Positions 36,441-45,902 of a stretch of 64,000 bases of DNA are shown piece by piece. The stretch is from Alphaproteobacteria bacterium (GTDB lineage: Bacteria; Pseudomonadota; Alphaproteobacteria; Rickettsiales; UBA998), in contig RDXO01000020.1 in assembly GCA_004292675.1 (NCBI GenBank), positions 7 through 64,006 on the forward strand, written 5' to 3'. A program made the translations under genes and the position numbers. How positions within the stretch are numbered: the stretch's first letter is position 1; each line of letters begins with the position of its first letter. The notes under the pieces were generated by a model, which saw only the letters and a list, made by a program, of their open reading frames with translations, ran no database searches and was not told where the DNA came from.

Positions 36441-37284
36441 AAATGGAAAAGCACGTGTTGCGTGTGTGATAGGCGACCCCATTGCTCATAGTTTATCCCC
36501 CTATATTCACGAATATTGGTTGCAAAAATATGATATTAATGGTGCATATGTGCCTTTTCGCGTTACCGCCGATGCTTTTTCATCGACATTAGATAGCCTT
36601 TTTTCTTGTGGCTGCGTTGGTATGAACATCACCCTGCCCCATAAACAACAGGCTTATGCCTATGCCGATCATGTGGATGAAACTGCAATCCGTTTAGGCG
36701 CGGTGAATACATTAGTGTTGCGTGATGGTGCTGTGCATGGCTTCAACAGTGATGCGTTGGGCTTTGCGCGATTATGGCAAGAATCATTCGCACAGTCTCG
36801 CGCAACTAATCCTCAGCGTGTTGTTCTGTTGGGTGCGGGTGGTGCTGCCCCTGCGATCATCGCTGCGCTGTATGATAATGGTTGCCGTGAGGTGATTATT
36901 GCAAACCGCACCTTGGAGCGAGCGCATAATGTGGTAGCATTGATGCAAACATCATGCCCTGAGTGCCATTTTTCTGTATGCCACCTTGATGATGTGGTGG
37001 GCATTATCCCTTCTGTGGATGCATTGGTAAATTCGATTGCGATTGGGATGTTGGATGAACATTATTTTGTGCCATGGTTTGATAATGCGCCTATTCATAT
37101 GTGTGTTGTTGATGTTTCCTATAGTGCTTTAGGGACTCCTCTAACTCGTTTCGCTATCGAACGTGGTTTTAATGCCTATGATGGATTGCCGATGTTGGTA
37201 TGGCAGGCAACAGTAGGATTTGAGTTGTGGTTTGGTGTACAGCCAGAAATTGACACTGCCCTCTATGGATATTTGCGAACATAG
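36430..37284 (+). CDS. aroE: Shikimate dehydrogenase
   Basis: GDPIAHSLSPYIHE, NITLPHK, and the NADP-binding motif LLGAGGAAPA. A GTG start at 36430 is proposed to avoid a 68-nt overlap; the ORF track starts at 36373. Confidence 0.85.
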   Translation: MSAKNGKARVACVIGDPIAHSLSPYIHEYWLQKYDINGAYVPFRVTADAFSSTLDSLFSCGCVGMNITLPHKQQAYAYADHVDETAIRLGAVNTLVLRDGAVHGFNSDALGFARLWQESFAQSRATNPQRVVLLGAGGAAPAIIAALYDNGCREVIIANRTLERAHNVVALMQTSCPECHFSVCHLDDVVGIIPSVDALVNSIAIGMLDEHYFVPWFDNAPIHMCVVDVSYSALGTPLTRFAIERGFNAYDGLPMLVWQATVGFELWFGVQPEIDTALYGYLRT

Positions 37285-37296
37285 ATAAGGGGTTGT

Positions 37297-37872
37297 GTGA
37301 TGCGCTGCATTGGGATTACGGGAGGCATAGCAAGCGGAAAATCCTCCGTTGCGAAATTGTTTCGGTATCGAAATATTCCCGTGTTTGATGCAGATATTGT
37401 TGCCCGTCACGGCTATGATGATGTTGATTGGACGTTCTTATATCATTTCGATAGCGAAATTAATTGTGAACAAGGCGTGGATCGAGCGGTATTGCGTGCC
37501 TTGATTGCGCGTTATCCCGTCATTCTGGATATGCTAGCCGAGCAACTTCACCCTTATGTATGGCAAAAGTGGCATGATTTTAAGCGCGAGCATCAACGGC
37601 GCGGAACGGGCGTGATTGCAGCGGAAGTCCCCTTATTGCTTGAATGCGGATGGCAAAATGCCTATGATGCCGTATGGGTAACTCATGCCCCGCAATGGTT
37701 GCGCATTCAGCGCGTTTTTAAGCGACATACGATGAATGAAGCCACGTTGCGTGCGATTTTGGAGCGTCAATATCGTGACCATGAGCGTTGCTCGTTGGCG
37801 GATGTGATTATACCTACTGCACATGGGAAAGCAGATATGGCGTTGCATGTGTGGCGTTATTTAGATAAATAA
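37297..37872 (+). CDS. coaE: Dephospho-CoA kinase
   Basis: P-loop IGITGGIASGKSSV and a length of about 190 aa. Confidence 0.9.
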   Translation: MMRCIGITGGIASGKSSVAKLFRYRNIPVFDADIVARHGYDDVDWTFLYHFDSEINCEQGVDRAVLRALIARYPVILDMLAEQLHPYVWQKWHDFKREHQRRGTGVIAAEVPLLLECGWQNAYDAVWVTHAPQWLRIQRVFKRHTMNEATLRAILERQYRDHERCSLADVIIPTAHGKADMALHVWRYLDK

Positions 37873-37874
37873 GG

Positions 37875-38591
37875 ATGGTTTTTATGACACATAGGCAAAT
37901 ATGTTTTGATACCGAAACGACAGGTTTTGAACCGAGTGCAGGGCATCGTATTGTAGAAATTGGTTGCGTGGAGATGATAGGCTATGTGCGCACAGGCGCG
38001 GTGTATCATGCTTATGTGAATCCACAGCGTTCTATGCCCCCTGAGGCGCAAAAAGTTCACGGCTTAAGCGAGGCATTCCTTAAGGATAAGCCGCTTTTTA
38101 GCCATGTTGCGGATGCGTTTCTTGAATTTATTGGCGATGCTGCTTTGGTGGCGCATAATGCCCGCTTTGATATGAAATTTATCAATCATGAATTACAGGC
38201 GATTGGTAAAAAACCCATAGCGGCCAATCGTGCGATTGACACGTTGGAACTTGCAAAACGTGCCTATCCGGGGCAGCCATCAAGCCTTGATGCCTTGTGC
38301 CGTCGTTTTGGGATTGATTTAAGTGCGCGTACCCATCACGGCGCATTGCTCGATGCTGAATTGCTTGCAGATGTCTATCTGGAATTGATGGGCGGACGAC
38401 AAGTGAGTTTTGGATTGCAGGCATCGGATAATGCAACGACCCGTAGTCAGGAAGATACGGCAAGGGATGGTGCTTCTCATGCCCCCTTCCCTCGTCGAAT
38501 TGCTGTGGTGCGTGACGAAGAACGCACAGCGCATCGGGCATTTATCCAAGCCAAAATAAAAAACGCGTTGTGGGATAGTGAAGCATCATGA
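37875..38591 (+). CDS. dnaQ: DNA polymerase III subunit epsilon (proofreading 3'-5' exonuclease)
   Basis: Exo I FDTETTG, Exo II HNARFDMKF, Exo III HGALLDAELLADVY. Confidence 0.95.
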   Translation: MVFMTHRQICFDTETTGFEPSAGHRIVEIGCVEMIGYVRTGAVYHAYVNPQRSMPPEAQKVHGLSEAFLKDKPLFSHVADAFLEFIGDAALVAHNARFDMKFINHELQAIGKKPIAANRAIDTLELAKRAYPGQPSSLDALCRRFGIDLSARTHHGALLDAELLADVYLELMGGRQVSFGLQASDNATTRSQEDTARDGASHAPFPRRIAVVRDEERTAHRAFIQAKIKNALWDSEAS

Positions 38592-39673
38592 ATCAACGCG
38601 ATGCAATGCCCTCCTTATCGATTGAGGATGTGTCAAGCACATATGGTACTCAGAGCGTTTTGCGTGCGGTGCATATGCATGTGCCTGCAGGTACGCTCAC
38701 TTGCCTTGTGGGGGCATCGGGAGCAGGAAAAACAACCTTGCTGCGGATTATTGCGGGGTTGTTGCAACCGCACCATGGGCGCGTGTGTTTGGGGGATGAA
38801 TTATGGGGACGCTATGGTGATGGGGCTGTGGTGCATATGCCACCACAACAACGACGTGTTGGCTTTATGTTTCAAAATGCCTCGCTTTTTCCGCATATCA
38901 CGGTATTGGGGAATGTGTGCTTTGGCATTCGGCATATGCCCAAAAAGCAACGTTATGAGATGGCGCGCATGTGGCTGGATAATGTCGGGATGGGCAGTAA
39001 AGCGGATGCCTATGCGCATCAACTTTCAGGCGGGCAACATCAGCGTGTGGCATTGGCACGGGCATTATGTGCGCAACCGCGTGTGATGCTGTTGGATGAG
39101 CCATTTGCGAGCCTTGACCCGAGTTTACGTCGGGATATACGCGATGAGATTCTTGCCTTAGTGCGCTCTGCCCATATGCCAATGGTGATGGTAACGCATG
39201 ACCCTGAGGAGGCATTAGCAGTCGCGGATCAGATGGTGGTATTGCGCGGTGATGGAACGATTCATCAAGCGGGGACTCCGTATCAGATTTATCATCATCC
39301 CGTGGATGCTGTGTGCGCGGAGTTTTTTGGATCGGTTGTGCGGATGAACGGACGCGTTCGCGGGGAACATGTTTATACAAGCCTAGGATTGCTCCCTAAG
39401 CAGCTTTGCGCCCCTAGCTTAAGTGATGGCACGGAACTGTCTGTTGTGGCGCGCCCTGAAGGAATACGCTGCGTGTATGATGGCGAGCAAGGGGTGCGCG
39501 TGGTTGTTTGTCATAGCCGTTTGACGGCACAAGGTTGGATGGTTGACGCGATTACGCCCGAAGGGATGCGTATGATGTTTCATCATCGTGAGAATGCTCC
39601 CCTATCAAGCGGGGATGAGGTGCTGGTAACGCTGCAACTACCTTACGTCTATGTTTTTCAAAATGGTTTATAG
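38588..39673 (+). CDS. ABC transporter ATP-binding protein (FbpC/PotA/CysA-like importer ATPase with a C-terminal regulatory domain)
   Basis: Walker A GASGAGKTT, signature LSGGQHQRV, Walker B LLDEP. No permease or binding-protein gene is adjacent. Confidence 0.85.
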   Translation: MNQRDAMPSLSIEDVSSTYGTQSVLRAVHMHVPAGTLTCLVGASGAGKTTLLRIIAGLLQPHHGRVCLGDELWGRYGDGAVVHMPPQQRRVGFMFQNASLFPHITVLGNVCFGIRHMPKKQRYEMARMWLDNVGMGSKADAYAHQLSGGQHQRVALARALCAQPRVMLLDEPFASLDPSLRRDIRDEILALVRSAHMPMVMVTHDPEEALAVADQMVVLRGDGTIHQAGTPYQIYHHPVDAVCAEFFGSVVRMNGRVRGEHVYTSLGLLPKQLCAPSLSDGTELSVVARPEGIRCVYDGEQGVRVVVCHSRLTAQGWMVDAITPEGMRMMFHHRENAPLSSGDEVLVTLQLPYVYVFQNGL

Positions 39674-40107
39674 ATAACCAATACCACAATAATAATCATC
39701 AGCACGGTTGGAGCTTCATTGAGCCAACGAAAATAGCGTGCGCTGCGTTGATTGCTGCCTGAGGCAAATTGCTTACGGTGCATGGCAAGCATACCGTGAA
39801 TGCCACTCATCAGCAGCACAAGCATCATTTTGCTGTGCATCCACCCAAAGGCGAAAAAATCAAAGGCAATGGCAAGCCATAAGCCAAACACCCATGTTGC
39901 GATCATGGCGGGGTTCATAATAAACCGCAAGAGCTTGCGCTCCATCACTTGTAGCATCGTATCGCTTTCGCTGCCCACAGCAACACCCGCATGGTACACA
40001 TAAAGACGGGGCAAATAAAGTAAACCTGCCATCCATGAGATGAGCGCGATGATGTGAAGTGTTTTGAGTGTAGCGTATAAGGTTTCTTGATCCATAATGC
40101 TGTACAT
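39658..40107 (-). CDS. hemJ: Protoporphyrinogen IX oxidase HemJ-family membrane protein
   Basis: LKTLHIIALISWMAGLLYLPRLYVYH and four TM segments (UPF0093/HemJ pattern). It is convergent with the ABC ATPase gene and overlaps its 3' end. Confidence 0.8.
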   Translation of the reverse strand: MYSIMDQETLYATLKTLHIIALISWMAGLLYLPRLYVYHAGVAVGSESDTMLQVMERKLLRFIMNPAMIATWVFGLWLAIAFDFFAFGWMHSKMMLVLLMSGIHGMLAMHRKQFASGSNQRSARYFRWLNEAPTVLMIIIVVLVIYKPF

Positions 40108-40177
40108 AATGAATCTATTTGCGCGCTACAAGATGTTTCTGTTGCGGTAGGGATAGATTTTTTGGTATAGTGGTATA

Positions 40178-40444
40178 ATGAAAACATGGATGAGTCTTAT
40201 TATGTGCGCGTTTTTGGTTGCATCATGCCGCCCTGCCCCGCTTTATTATGTTGAGCCGCAAGGGCCACCTGAATATCAATTAGGGTGGCAAGATGGCTGT
40301 GATACGGGCATTTCTTCCAAGAGTGGCTTTCTCTATAAAATCATGTATGGCTTTCGTAAGCGTCCTGAATTTGGAAATAATGAATTATACAAGATCGCAT
40401 GGAACGAAGGGCATACCTATTGCCAGAATATGATGTTTGATTAG
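40178..40444 (+). CDS. Small putative lipoprotein (88 aa)
   Basis: Signal peptide with a lipobox (FLVASC). No recognisable family. Confidence 0.5.
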   Translation: MKTWMSLIMCAFLVASCRPAPLYYVEPQGPPEYQLGWQDGCDTGISSKSGFLYKIMYGFRKRPEFGNNELYKIAWNEGHTYCQNMMFD

Positions 40445-40589
40445 GGCGTGTTGACACTATCTACTATGGCGTGCTGCAAACAACGGTTTTCTACGCTTCC
40501 GCTACTCATGTACTTCTATGGACATTCCGTTGCGGTTCTCGTAAACCATTGTTTTCGCTATGCCCTAGCGATAGTGTCAACACGCCCTA
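40442..40589. mobile_element. MITE-like element with perfect 20-bp terminal inverted repeats
   Basis: TAGGGCGTGTTGACACTATC at 40442..40461 and its exact reverse complement GATAGTGTCAACACGCCCTA at 40570..40589. It is about 148 bp long and non-coding. Confidence 0.6.
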
Positions 40590-40702
40590 GAGCGTATTAT
40601 ATTTTATGTGCGATGAGTATAGGTAAATTTTTTATGAAGAATGTGATGAAGAAGGATTGGAATTTGCAATTTTTCATGCTACAATAGAGATATTATAGTA
40701 AT

Positions 40703-40744
40703 TCAACCTAAGATTTCCCCGTTTTTGGCGAAATCTTAGGTTGA
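40703..40744. repeat. Perfect 15-bp-stem hairpin
   Basis: TCAACCTAAGATTTC-CCCGTTTTTGGC-GAAATCTTAGGTTGA. A second, imperfect palindrome lies at 40782..40821 (CAATTTTATTACCCATC / GATGGGTCATTGTAAAATTG). Confidence 0.7.
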
Positions 40745-40935
40745 GAAATTGTTATAAGTCATTATAATATACAGCATGACTCAATTTTATTACCCATCCA
40801 CGATGGGTCATTGTAAAATTGAAGTGCTGTAGCAATGTATGATGTGATCTTGATTTTTTTATTCGATGATCTTATTTCATTCATTATATGCCCTATAACA
40901 CTCTATAACGTCCTACTTAACAATCGAGAATTCTG

Positions 40936-41553
40936 GTGTCTAACAGTTACTTACGCAATACTATTCAGTTTCCTAGCAAGCAACGCGCACATGTGCAGCA
41001 TGGCTCATATGAAGGGCAGTTTTTGATCGCGACACCGGCAATGACGGGTGAAGTGTTTGCTCATTCACTGATTTATCTGTTCGCTCATAACCCCGGAGGA
41101 GCGATGGGCGTGATGTTAAACAAGCCACTGGATATGGTGCATCATGCGACTCTATTTCAGCAATTAGGCATTGAATTTATGCGTGATGATTCTGACCTTG
41201 CCGTGCATCATGGTGGCCCTGTGGAAGAAAATCGCGGATTTGTTTTGCATAGTAATGATTATGCCACGGAAGATACGTTGGTGCAACCATCGGGCATTTC
41301 TGTTACTGCGAGCATGACGATCTTGCGCGATATTGCACGGGGTAAAGGCCCTGCGCAAGCATTGCTTGGGATTGGTTATGCAGGGTGGGCAGCAGGGCAG
41401 CTTGAAGCAGAAATTGAGTCCAATTATTGGCTTACCGCCCCCGCCTCTTCTGTGATCGCGTTTTATCCTGATGATGATGCTAAACATGCGATGGCAGCAA
41501 AATCATTGGGTATTGATATGTGTCGGTATTCGATTCATGTCGGACATGCTTAA
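40936..41553 (+). CDS. YqgE/AlgH-family protein (UPF0301)
   Basis: GQFLIATPAMTGEVFAHSLIYLFAHNPGGAMGVMLNKP matches the family signature. A non-ATG (GTG) start is implied. Confidence 0.8.
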   Translation: MSNSYLRNTIQFPSKQRAHVQHGSYEGQFLIATPAMTGEVFAHSLIYLFAHNPGGAMGVMLNKPLDMVHHATLFQQLGIEFMRDDSDLAVHHGGPVEENRGFVLHSNDYATEDTLVQPSGISVTASMTILRDIARGKGPAQALLGIGYAGWAAGQLEAEIESNYWLTAPASSVIAFYPDDDAKHAMAAKSLGIDMCRYSIHVGHA

Positions 41554-42404
41554 TCGTCTGGAAGCGTTCCCCAATCGGGTAGGCGCACCTCAATCGGGAT
41601 GTTATTAAGCATCATCCTTGCCCCTGTATCGCGCATATGTCGCCATGCATCGTAGCGCACTAAGGCTAGCCCACTTGTATGATGATAAGAGAGCAATTCA
41701 CCGCAGGAACGTTCTTGCCCTGTGACGTAGATAAGGGGATCATCGCAAGTGATGGGCGTTGTTGCGCTGATGATCGCAATGCCTTTGCGCAATGTGCCTT
41801 TATAATGGGTACGTGCCGTTACCTCTTGCCCAACATAGCAGCCTTTGCGATAATCAATGGCGTTGAGGGCTTCATAACCTAATTCTAATGGGAAAAATCT
41901 CTCACCCACGGCATCGCGGTGTGCTTCCACCACCCCGCACGCAATGCGCCGTGCTTCATAGGCATCATTATCAGCATTCCAATCAGAGGATGGCGATAAA
42001 GGAGCAACGCCACGCCAACCAAGCGCAGCATGGCGCGGATCAGCGAACCAGCATAATGCATCGGTGGGGGCATGGGGAAGATGTGCGCTCACTAACACGC
42101 CGAGATCATCACGCACGCGCCATTGCACCTTTGATCGCAAGCGGTAGCGTTGTAATTGTTTGGTGAGAGGTTCTATCGCCGCACGCGCACTATCAAGCCA
42201 TAGACCTTCGTCATTTTGCGCGGGCATGATGATGAAATCATGCAGCACTTTTCCTTGTGGGGTTAAAAATACCGCAAGCTGTGCTACGCCATCTTTCACA
42301 GTGCGTTGCACATCTTGCGTGATGAGTCCCTGCAAAAATGTGGCAGCATCCATGCCAGAAAGGTGCAGGATGGTACGATCGTGTAAAATGCATAAATCTG
42401 TCAT
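41550..42404 (-). CDS. ygfZ: Folate-dependent Fe/S-cluster and tRNA-modification-associated protein YgfZ (CAF17 family)
   Basis: KGCYVGQEVTARTHYKGTLRK signature. The start is set at MTDLCILHD; the ORF track extends to 42476. Confidence 0.85.
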   Translation of the reverse strand: MTDLCILHDRTILHLSGMDAATFLQGLITQDVQRTVKDGVAQLAVFLTPQGKVLHDFIIMPAQNDEGLWLDSARAAIEPLTKQLQRYRLRSKVQWRVRDDLGVLVSAHLPHAPTDALCWFADPRHAALGWRGVAPLSPSSDWNADNDAYEARRIACGVVEAHRDAVGERFFPLELGYEALNAIDYRKGCYVGQEVTARTHYKGTLRKGIAIISATTPITCDDPLIYVTGQERSCGELLSYHHTSGLALVRYDAWRHMRDTGARMMLNNIPIEVRLPDWGTLPDD

Positions 42405-42543
42405 AATGTTGGATATAGGGTGCTTATTTACTTTATTCAAGCCGTTAAATCTTCTATGATGGTATATGTACAGCAACTATTCTCAATAAAACATTAACCT
42501 TTTTATGATGCAATTAGGCAATCAGTAAGGATATAGGGTATAT

Positions 42544-43461
42544 ATGCCATTGCCTATAAGATACATCGTGTTGTGCGTGTTTTTGCTCATTGGATCGGGA
42601 GGTGCGCTTGCGATTGTGGCGCAAAAGGATGTCGAGCCAACCAATCTTGAAGTGCAGGCGGATCAGTCGTCTAAGCCACGTGAAAATGTGAACCCGAAAC
42701 GCTTTATTGTTTATTATGGTGCGGAAGCAAAGGAAGAACAATTCTACCCCTATGATATTATCGTCTTTGATCGTGATAAGCACCCATCGTTGCAGAAATT
42801 ACGCAGAAAAAACAAAGTATTGCTTGGATATATTAGTGGCGGAGAGCTGGAGCAATATCGTGATAATTTTGAACAGCTAAAGACTAAATTTGATATTTTA
42901 GGCACGAATGAGACGTGGAAGGATCATATGATTGTTGATGTGCGTGATCCTGAATGGACACGTCATTTGATTGAGGATATTATCCCGCCTATCGTGAAAC
43001 AGGGCTTTAATGGTATATTTATTGATACATTGGATAGTGTGACGCATTATGAAACAATCGATCCGAAACGTTATAAAGGTATGATTCAGGCGACCGCTAC
43101 TATGATTAAAACGATACATTATCACTATCCCGAATTAAAAATAATGATAAATCGTGGCTTCGATGTGCTTCCTTTTATTGCTAACGATATTCATTATGTG
43201 CTAGCAGAAAGCACATTGGTGCAGTATGATTTTACGAACCATACAACGAAACTTATGGATGATGCCATCTATCAACATTATGTGCAGCGTATGTTCGACT
43301 TAAAAAAACAAGCACCTCATTTAGAGATGACAACCTTAGATTATTGGAAAATGGATGATACCGCTATGGTACAAGAACTATATCGACGGCATGAAGCCAA
43401 TGGATTTATGCCTTATGTCACTACTATTGAGTTGAACCGTGTCGATAACCGTCCGCAATAG
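42544..43461 (+). CDS. PelA hydrolase-domain-like glycoside hydrolase (GH114/GH166-type TIM barrel), stand-alone
   Basis: N-terminal signal/anchor, then FIVYYG...YDIIVFD...LLGYISGGE...WKDHMIVDVRDPEW...GFNGIFIDTLDSV. The pattern is the same as in the N-terminal domain of the RTX protein at 3955..5817. It is the first gene of the Pel-type cluster. Confidence 0.75.
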   Translation: MPLPIRYIVLCVFLLIGSGGALAIVAQKDVEPTNLEVQADQSSKPRENVNPKRFIVYYGAEAKEEQFYPYDIIVFDRDKHPSLQKLRRKNKVLLGYISGGELEQYRDNFEQLKTKFDILGTNETWKDHMIVDVRDPEWTRHLIEDIIPPIVKQGFNGIFIDTLDSVTHYETIDPKRYKGMIQATATMIKTIHYHYPELKIMINRGFDVLPFIANDIHYVLAESTLVQYDFTNHTTKLMDDAIYQHYVQRMFDLKKQAPHLEMTTLDYWKMDDTAMVQELYRRHEANGFMPYVTTIELNRVDNRPQ

Positions 43462-43465
43462 AACT

Positions 43466-45793
43466 ATGTCGTGTATAAAAGCTCTTGGTCTTTTGTGTCT
43501 CATTATGTGTGCTTATGCGCATCATGCCGTTGCAGAAAAGCCTATCCCGCGTATTATGTACGCACTTTATGATAAAGAGGTGGAGACAAAACCACGTCTT
43601 TCTTCGGCGCATCGTACCTTAGAAATGCCGCTTAATTGGCTTGGCTATCATTTGCAATTTTTTGAACATGGCGACGCACTACCCGCATGGGGTGATGATG
43701 CGCTTGGCATGGTATGGTGGTTGCATCCGGGCGTGGAAGTGCGCGATCCTGAAAAGCTGGTGGCGTGGATTGAAGAAGGGATAAAGCGCAAAAAGAAAAT
43801 CATTATTATGGGAAATATGGGACTTCCTAGTGCATGGTACTCCGAACCAGAGAAGAAAAAACGTGTTGAAGCATTATTAAATTATATCGGCGTTGATTAT
43901 GGTGATGTGTGGGTATCAATTACCTATAATTCACAATTTATCAAAAAAGATCGCGCTATGGTGGAGATGGAAGGGCGAACCTATGAAGGGATTGTGCCAG
44001 CCTATGTCCATACGCAGGCGGTGGCGGGGGCAACATCCCATGTGCGGCTTCGTAACACTTTAGAGGATGGGCGCACGTTAGAGAGCGATGTTGTGGTTAC
44101 AAGCTCTAATGGTGGCTACATCGCACAGGGATTTGCTCTTTACACCCATCAAGCGAATACGGAAGAAAAAGAATTTACGCAACGCTGGTTGGTTGATCCC
44201 TTTCGCTTTTTATCAACAACTCTTGGAGCGAAAGATAAACCGCGCCCTGATGTGACGACTTTATGGGGCAAGCGCATTTTTTATACGCATTTGGATGGCG
44301 ATGGCTGGAATAACCTAACAGAATTGGATGAATATAAGGATCAACGGGTTATTTCTGCCAAGGTACTTATGGAAAAAGTCTATAAGGCGTTCCCTTCTTT
44401 TGCCTTTACGGTTGGCCCGATCGTATCAGAATTGCAAGAATCATGCTATGGCTCTGCCAATAGTGTTGCGGTGGCGCGTGAGATTTTTGCCCTACCTAAT
44501 GTGGAAGCCTCAAGTCATACGATGACGCATCCGCTTTTTTGGGAATATTTTGATGATGGCGATAATGTAAAAGAAGTACGTTATCTGGATCAATATCCTC
44601 CCAAACCAACGGATAATGAATCGATTTATGATGCCTTGTCGCATAGTTTAGAGCGTGACGAAAGCGCGAAGCAATGGGAAAAAATACGCGCACAATATGA
44701 TGCGGATGCGCCGTTGAGTCCGATGGATGCGTATATGCGCAGATTTTATAAAACGCCACGTAGCTATGCGTGCGCGCCTTATAATGAAGATGCTGAGATC
44801 ACGGGGGCTGCCGCGTATATCCAAAATCTTTTGCCTAAGGGTAAAAAGGTGAAATTGGTGCAATGGTCGGGCAATACCTCCCCTAGTGAGCAGATTTTAC
44901 GCAAAACGCGTGAGGCGGGTTTGCTGAACATTAATGGCGGAGATAGCCGTTTTGATAAGGAATATCTATCCTATGCCTATGTTGCGCCCATTGGAATTGC
45001 GGTGGGGAACGAGCGTCAGATTTATTCTTCTAATAGTAATGAGAACACCTATACGGAATCATGGAGTGATAAATTTTTTGGATTTCGCTATTTGGTAGAT
45101 ACGTTGCGCAATACAGAAGAACCGCGTCGGGTGAGCCCCGTCAATATCTATTATCATACCTATTCGGCGCAAAAGCAAGGAAGTATGGAAGCGTTGTTGC
45201 AAAATTATCGCTTTGCGGAAGCGCAACAAACTATCCCCATTTTCACCAGCCATTATGCGCGTATCGCGCTTGGCTATTATGAAACGCAGTTGATCGATTT
45301 GGGAGAGCAGCGGTGGCGCGTGCGCAATCGTGGTGCATTGCAGACCATACGCTTTGATGATGCTACCCTCAAACAGGTGGATTTTGCGCGATCCGTTGGG
45401 GTGATTGGGCAGAATCATTATCAATCCTCCTTATATGTTGCGTTAAATCCAACGGTGAGTGAGCCGATCATCGCGCTTAAACGCAAAGATGATCTTATCT
45501 TCCCTGCCCCCGCCTCCATCCCATACCTTATGGATTCACGGTGGGATATTTTGGATTTTAAGCACAGCAAGAACAGTGTGACGATGCGCTTAAAGGGATT
45601 TGGGCGAGGTGTGGTGCATCTTGTCTGGCCAAGGCAGAAAGCAGGAGGGAAGCAAAAATTGCGTGTGCGTACCCAAATAGGTGCGAATCCACCAACGGAA
45701 CGTGATGTTTATGTGAGTCCTATCGGATTGGTTACTACGACATTGCAGGATAATAGTTATTCTGATGTTACCGTGGAGTGGTTTGTCCCGTAA
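43466..45793 (+). CDS. PelA deacetylase-region-like protein (CE4-type polysaccharide deacetylase with flanking domains), stand-alone
   Basis: It has its own signal peptide (MSCIKALGLLCLIMCAYAHHAVA). CE4-like motifs are THLDGDGW and SSHTMTHP. It starts 4 nt after the stop of the hydrolase gene; the ORF track starts at 43439. Confidence 0.7.
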   Translation: MSCIKALGLLCLIMCAYAHHAVAEKPIPRIMYALYDKEVETKPRLSSAHRTLEMPLNWLGYHLQFFEHGDALPAWGDDALGMVWWLHPGVEVRDPEKLVAWIEEGIKRKKKIIIMGNMGLPSAWYSEPEKKKRVEALLNYIGVDYGDVWVSITYNSQFIKKDRAMVEMEGRTYEGIVPAYVHTQAVAGATSHVRLRNTLEDGRTLESDVVVTSSNGGYIAQGFALYTHQANTEEKEFTQRWLVDPFRFLSTTLGAKDKPRPDVTTLWGKRIFYTHLDGDGWNNLTELDEYKDQRVISAKVLMEKVYKAFPSFAFTVGPIVSELQESCYGSANSVAVAREIFALPNVEASSHTMTHPLFWEYFDDGDNVKEVRYLDQYPPKPTDNESIYDALSHSLERDESAKQWEKIRAQYDADAPLSPMDAYMRRFYKTPRSYACAPYNEDAEITGAAAYIQNLLPKGKKVKLVQWSGNTSPSEQILRKTREAGLLNINGGDSRFDKEYLSYAYVAPIGIAVGNERQIYSSNSNENTYTESWSDKFFGFRYLVDTLRNTEEPRRVSPVNIYYHTYSAQKQGSMEALLQNYRFAEAQQTIPIFTSHYARIALGYYETQLIDLGEQRWRVRNRGALQTIRFDDATLKQVDFARSVGVIGQNHYQSSLYVALNPTVSEPIIALKRKDDLIFPAPASIPYLMDSRWDILDFKHSKNSVTMRLKGFGRGVVHLVWPRQKAGGKQKLRVRTQIGANPPTERDVYVSPIGLVTTTLQDNSYSDVTVEWFVP

Positions 45794-45902
45794 ATTATAA
45801 AGATTTCTTGCCATTAGTTCTTTTTTATTCTATATCTTGCTACTAAAATATTTCGCTAAAGATGTCACCCTATGAAATGAGGTGACTAGGTAGAAAAGAT
45901 CT

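Noticed and set aside
40448-40687. A 79-aa ORF beginning right after the lipoprotein gene.
   Set aside because: It is made almost entirely of the MITE-like element and its inverted repeats.
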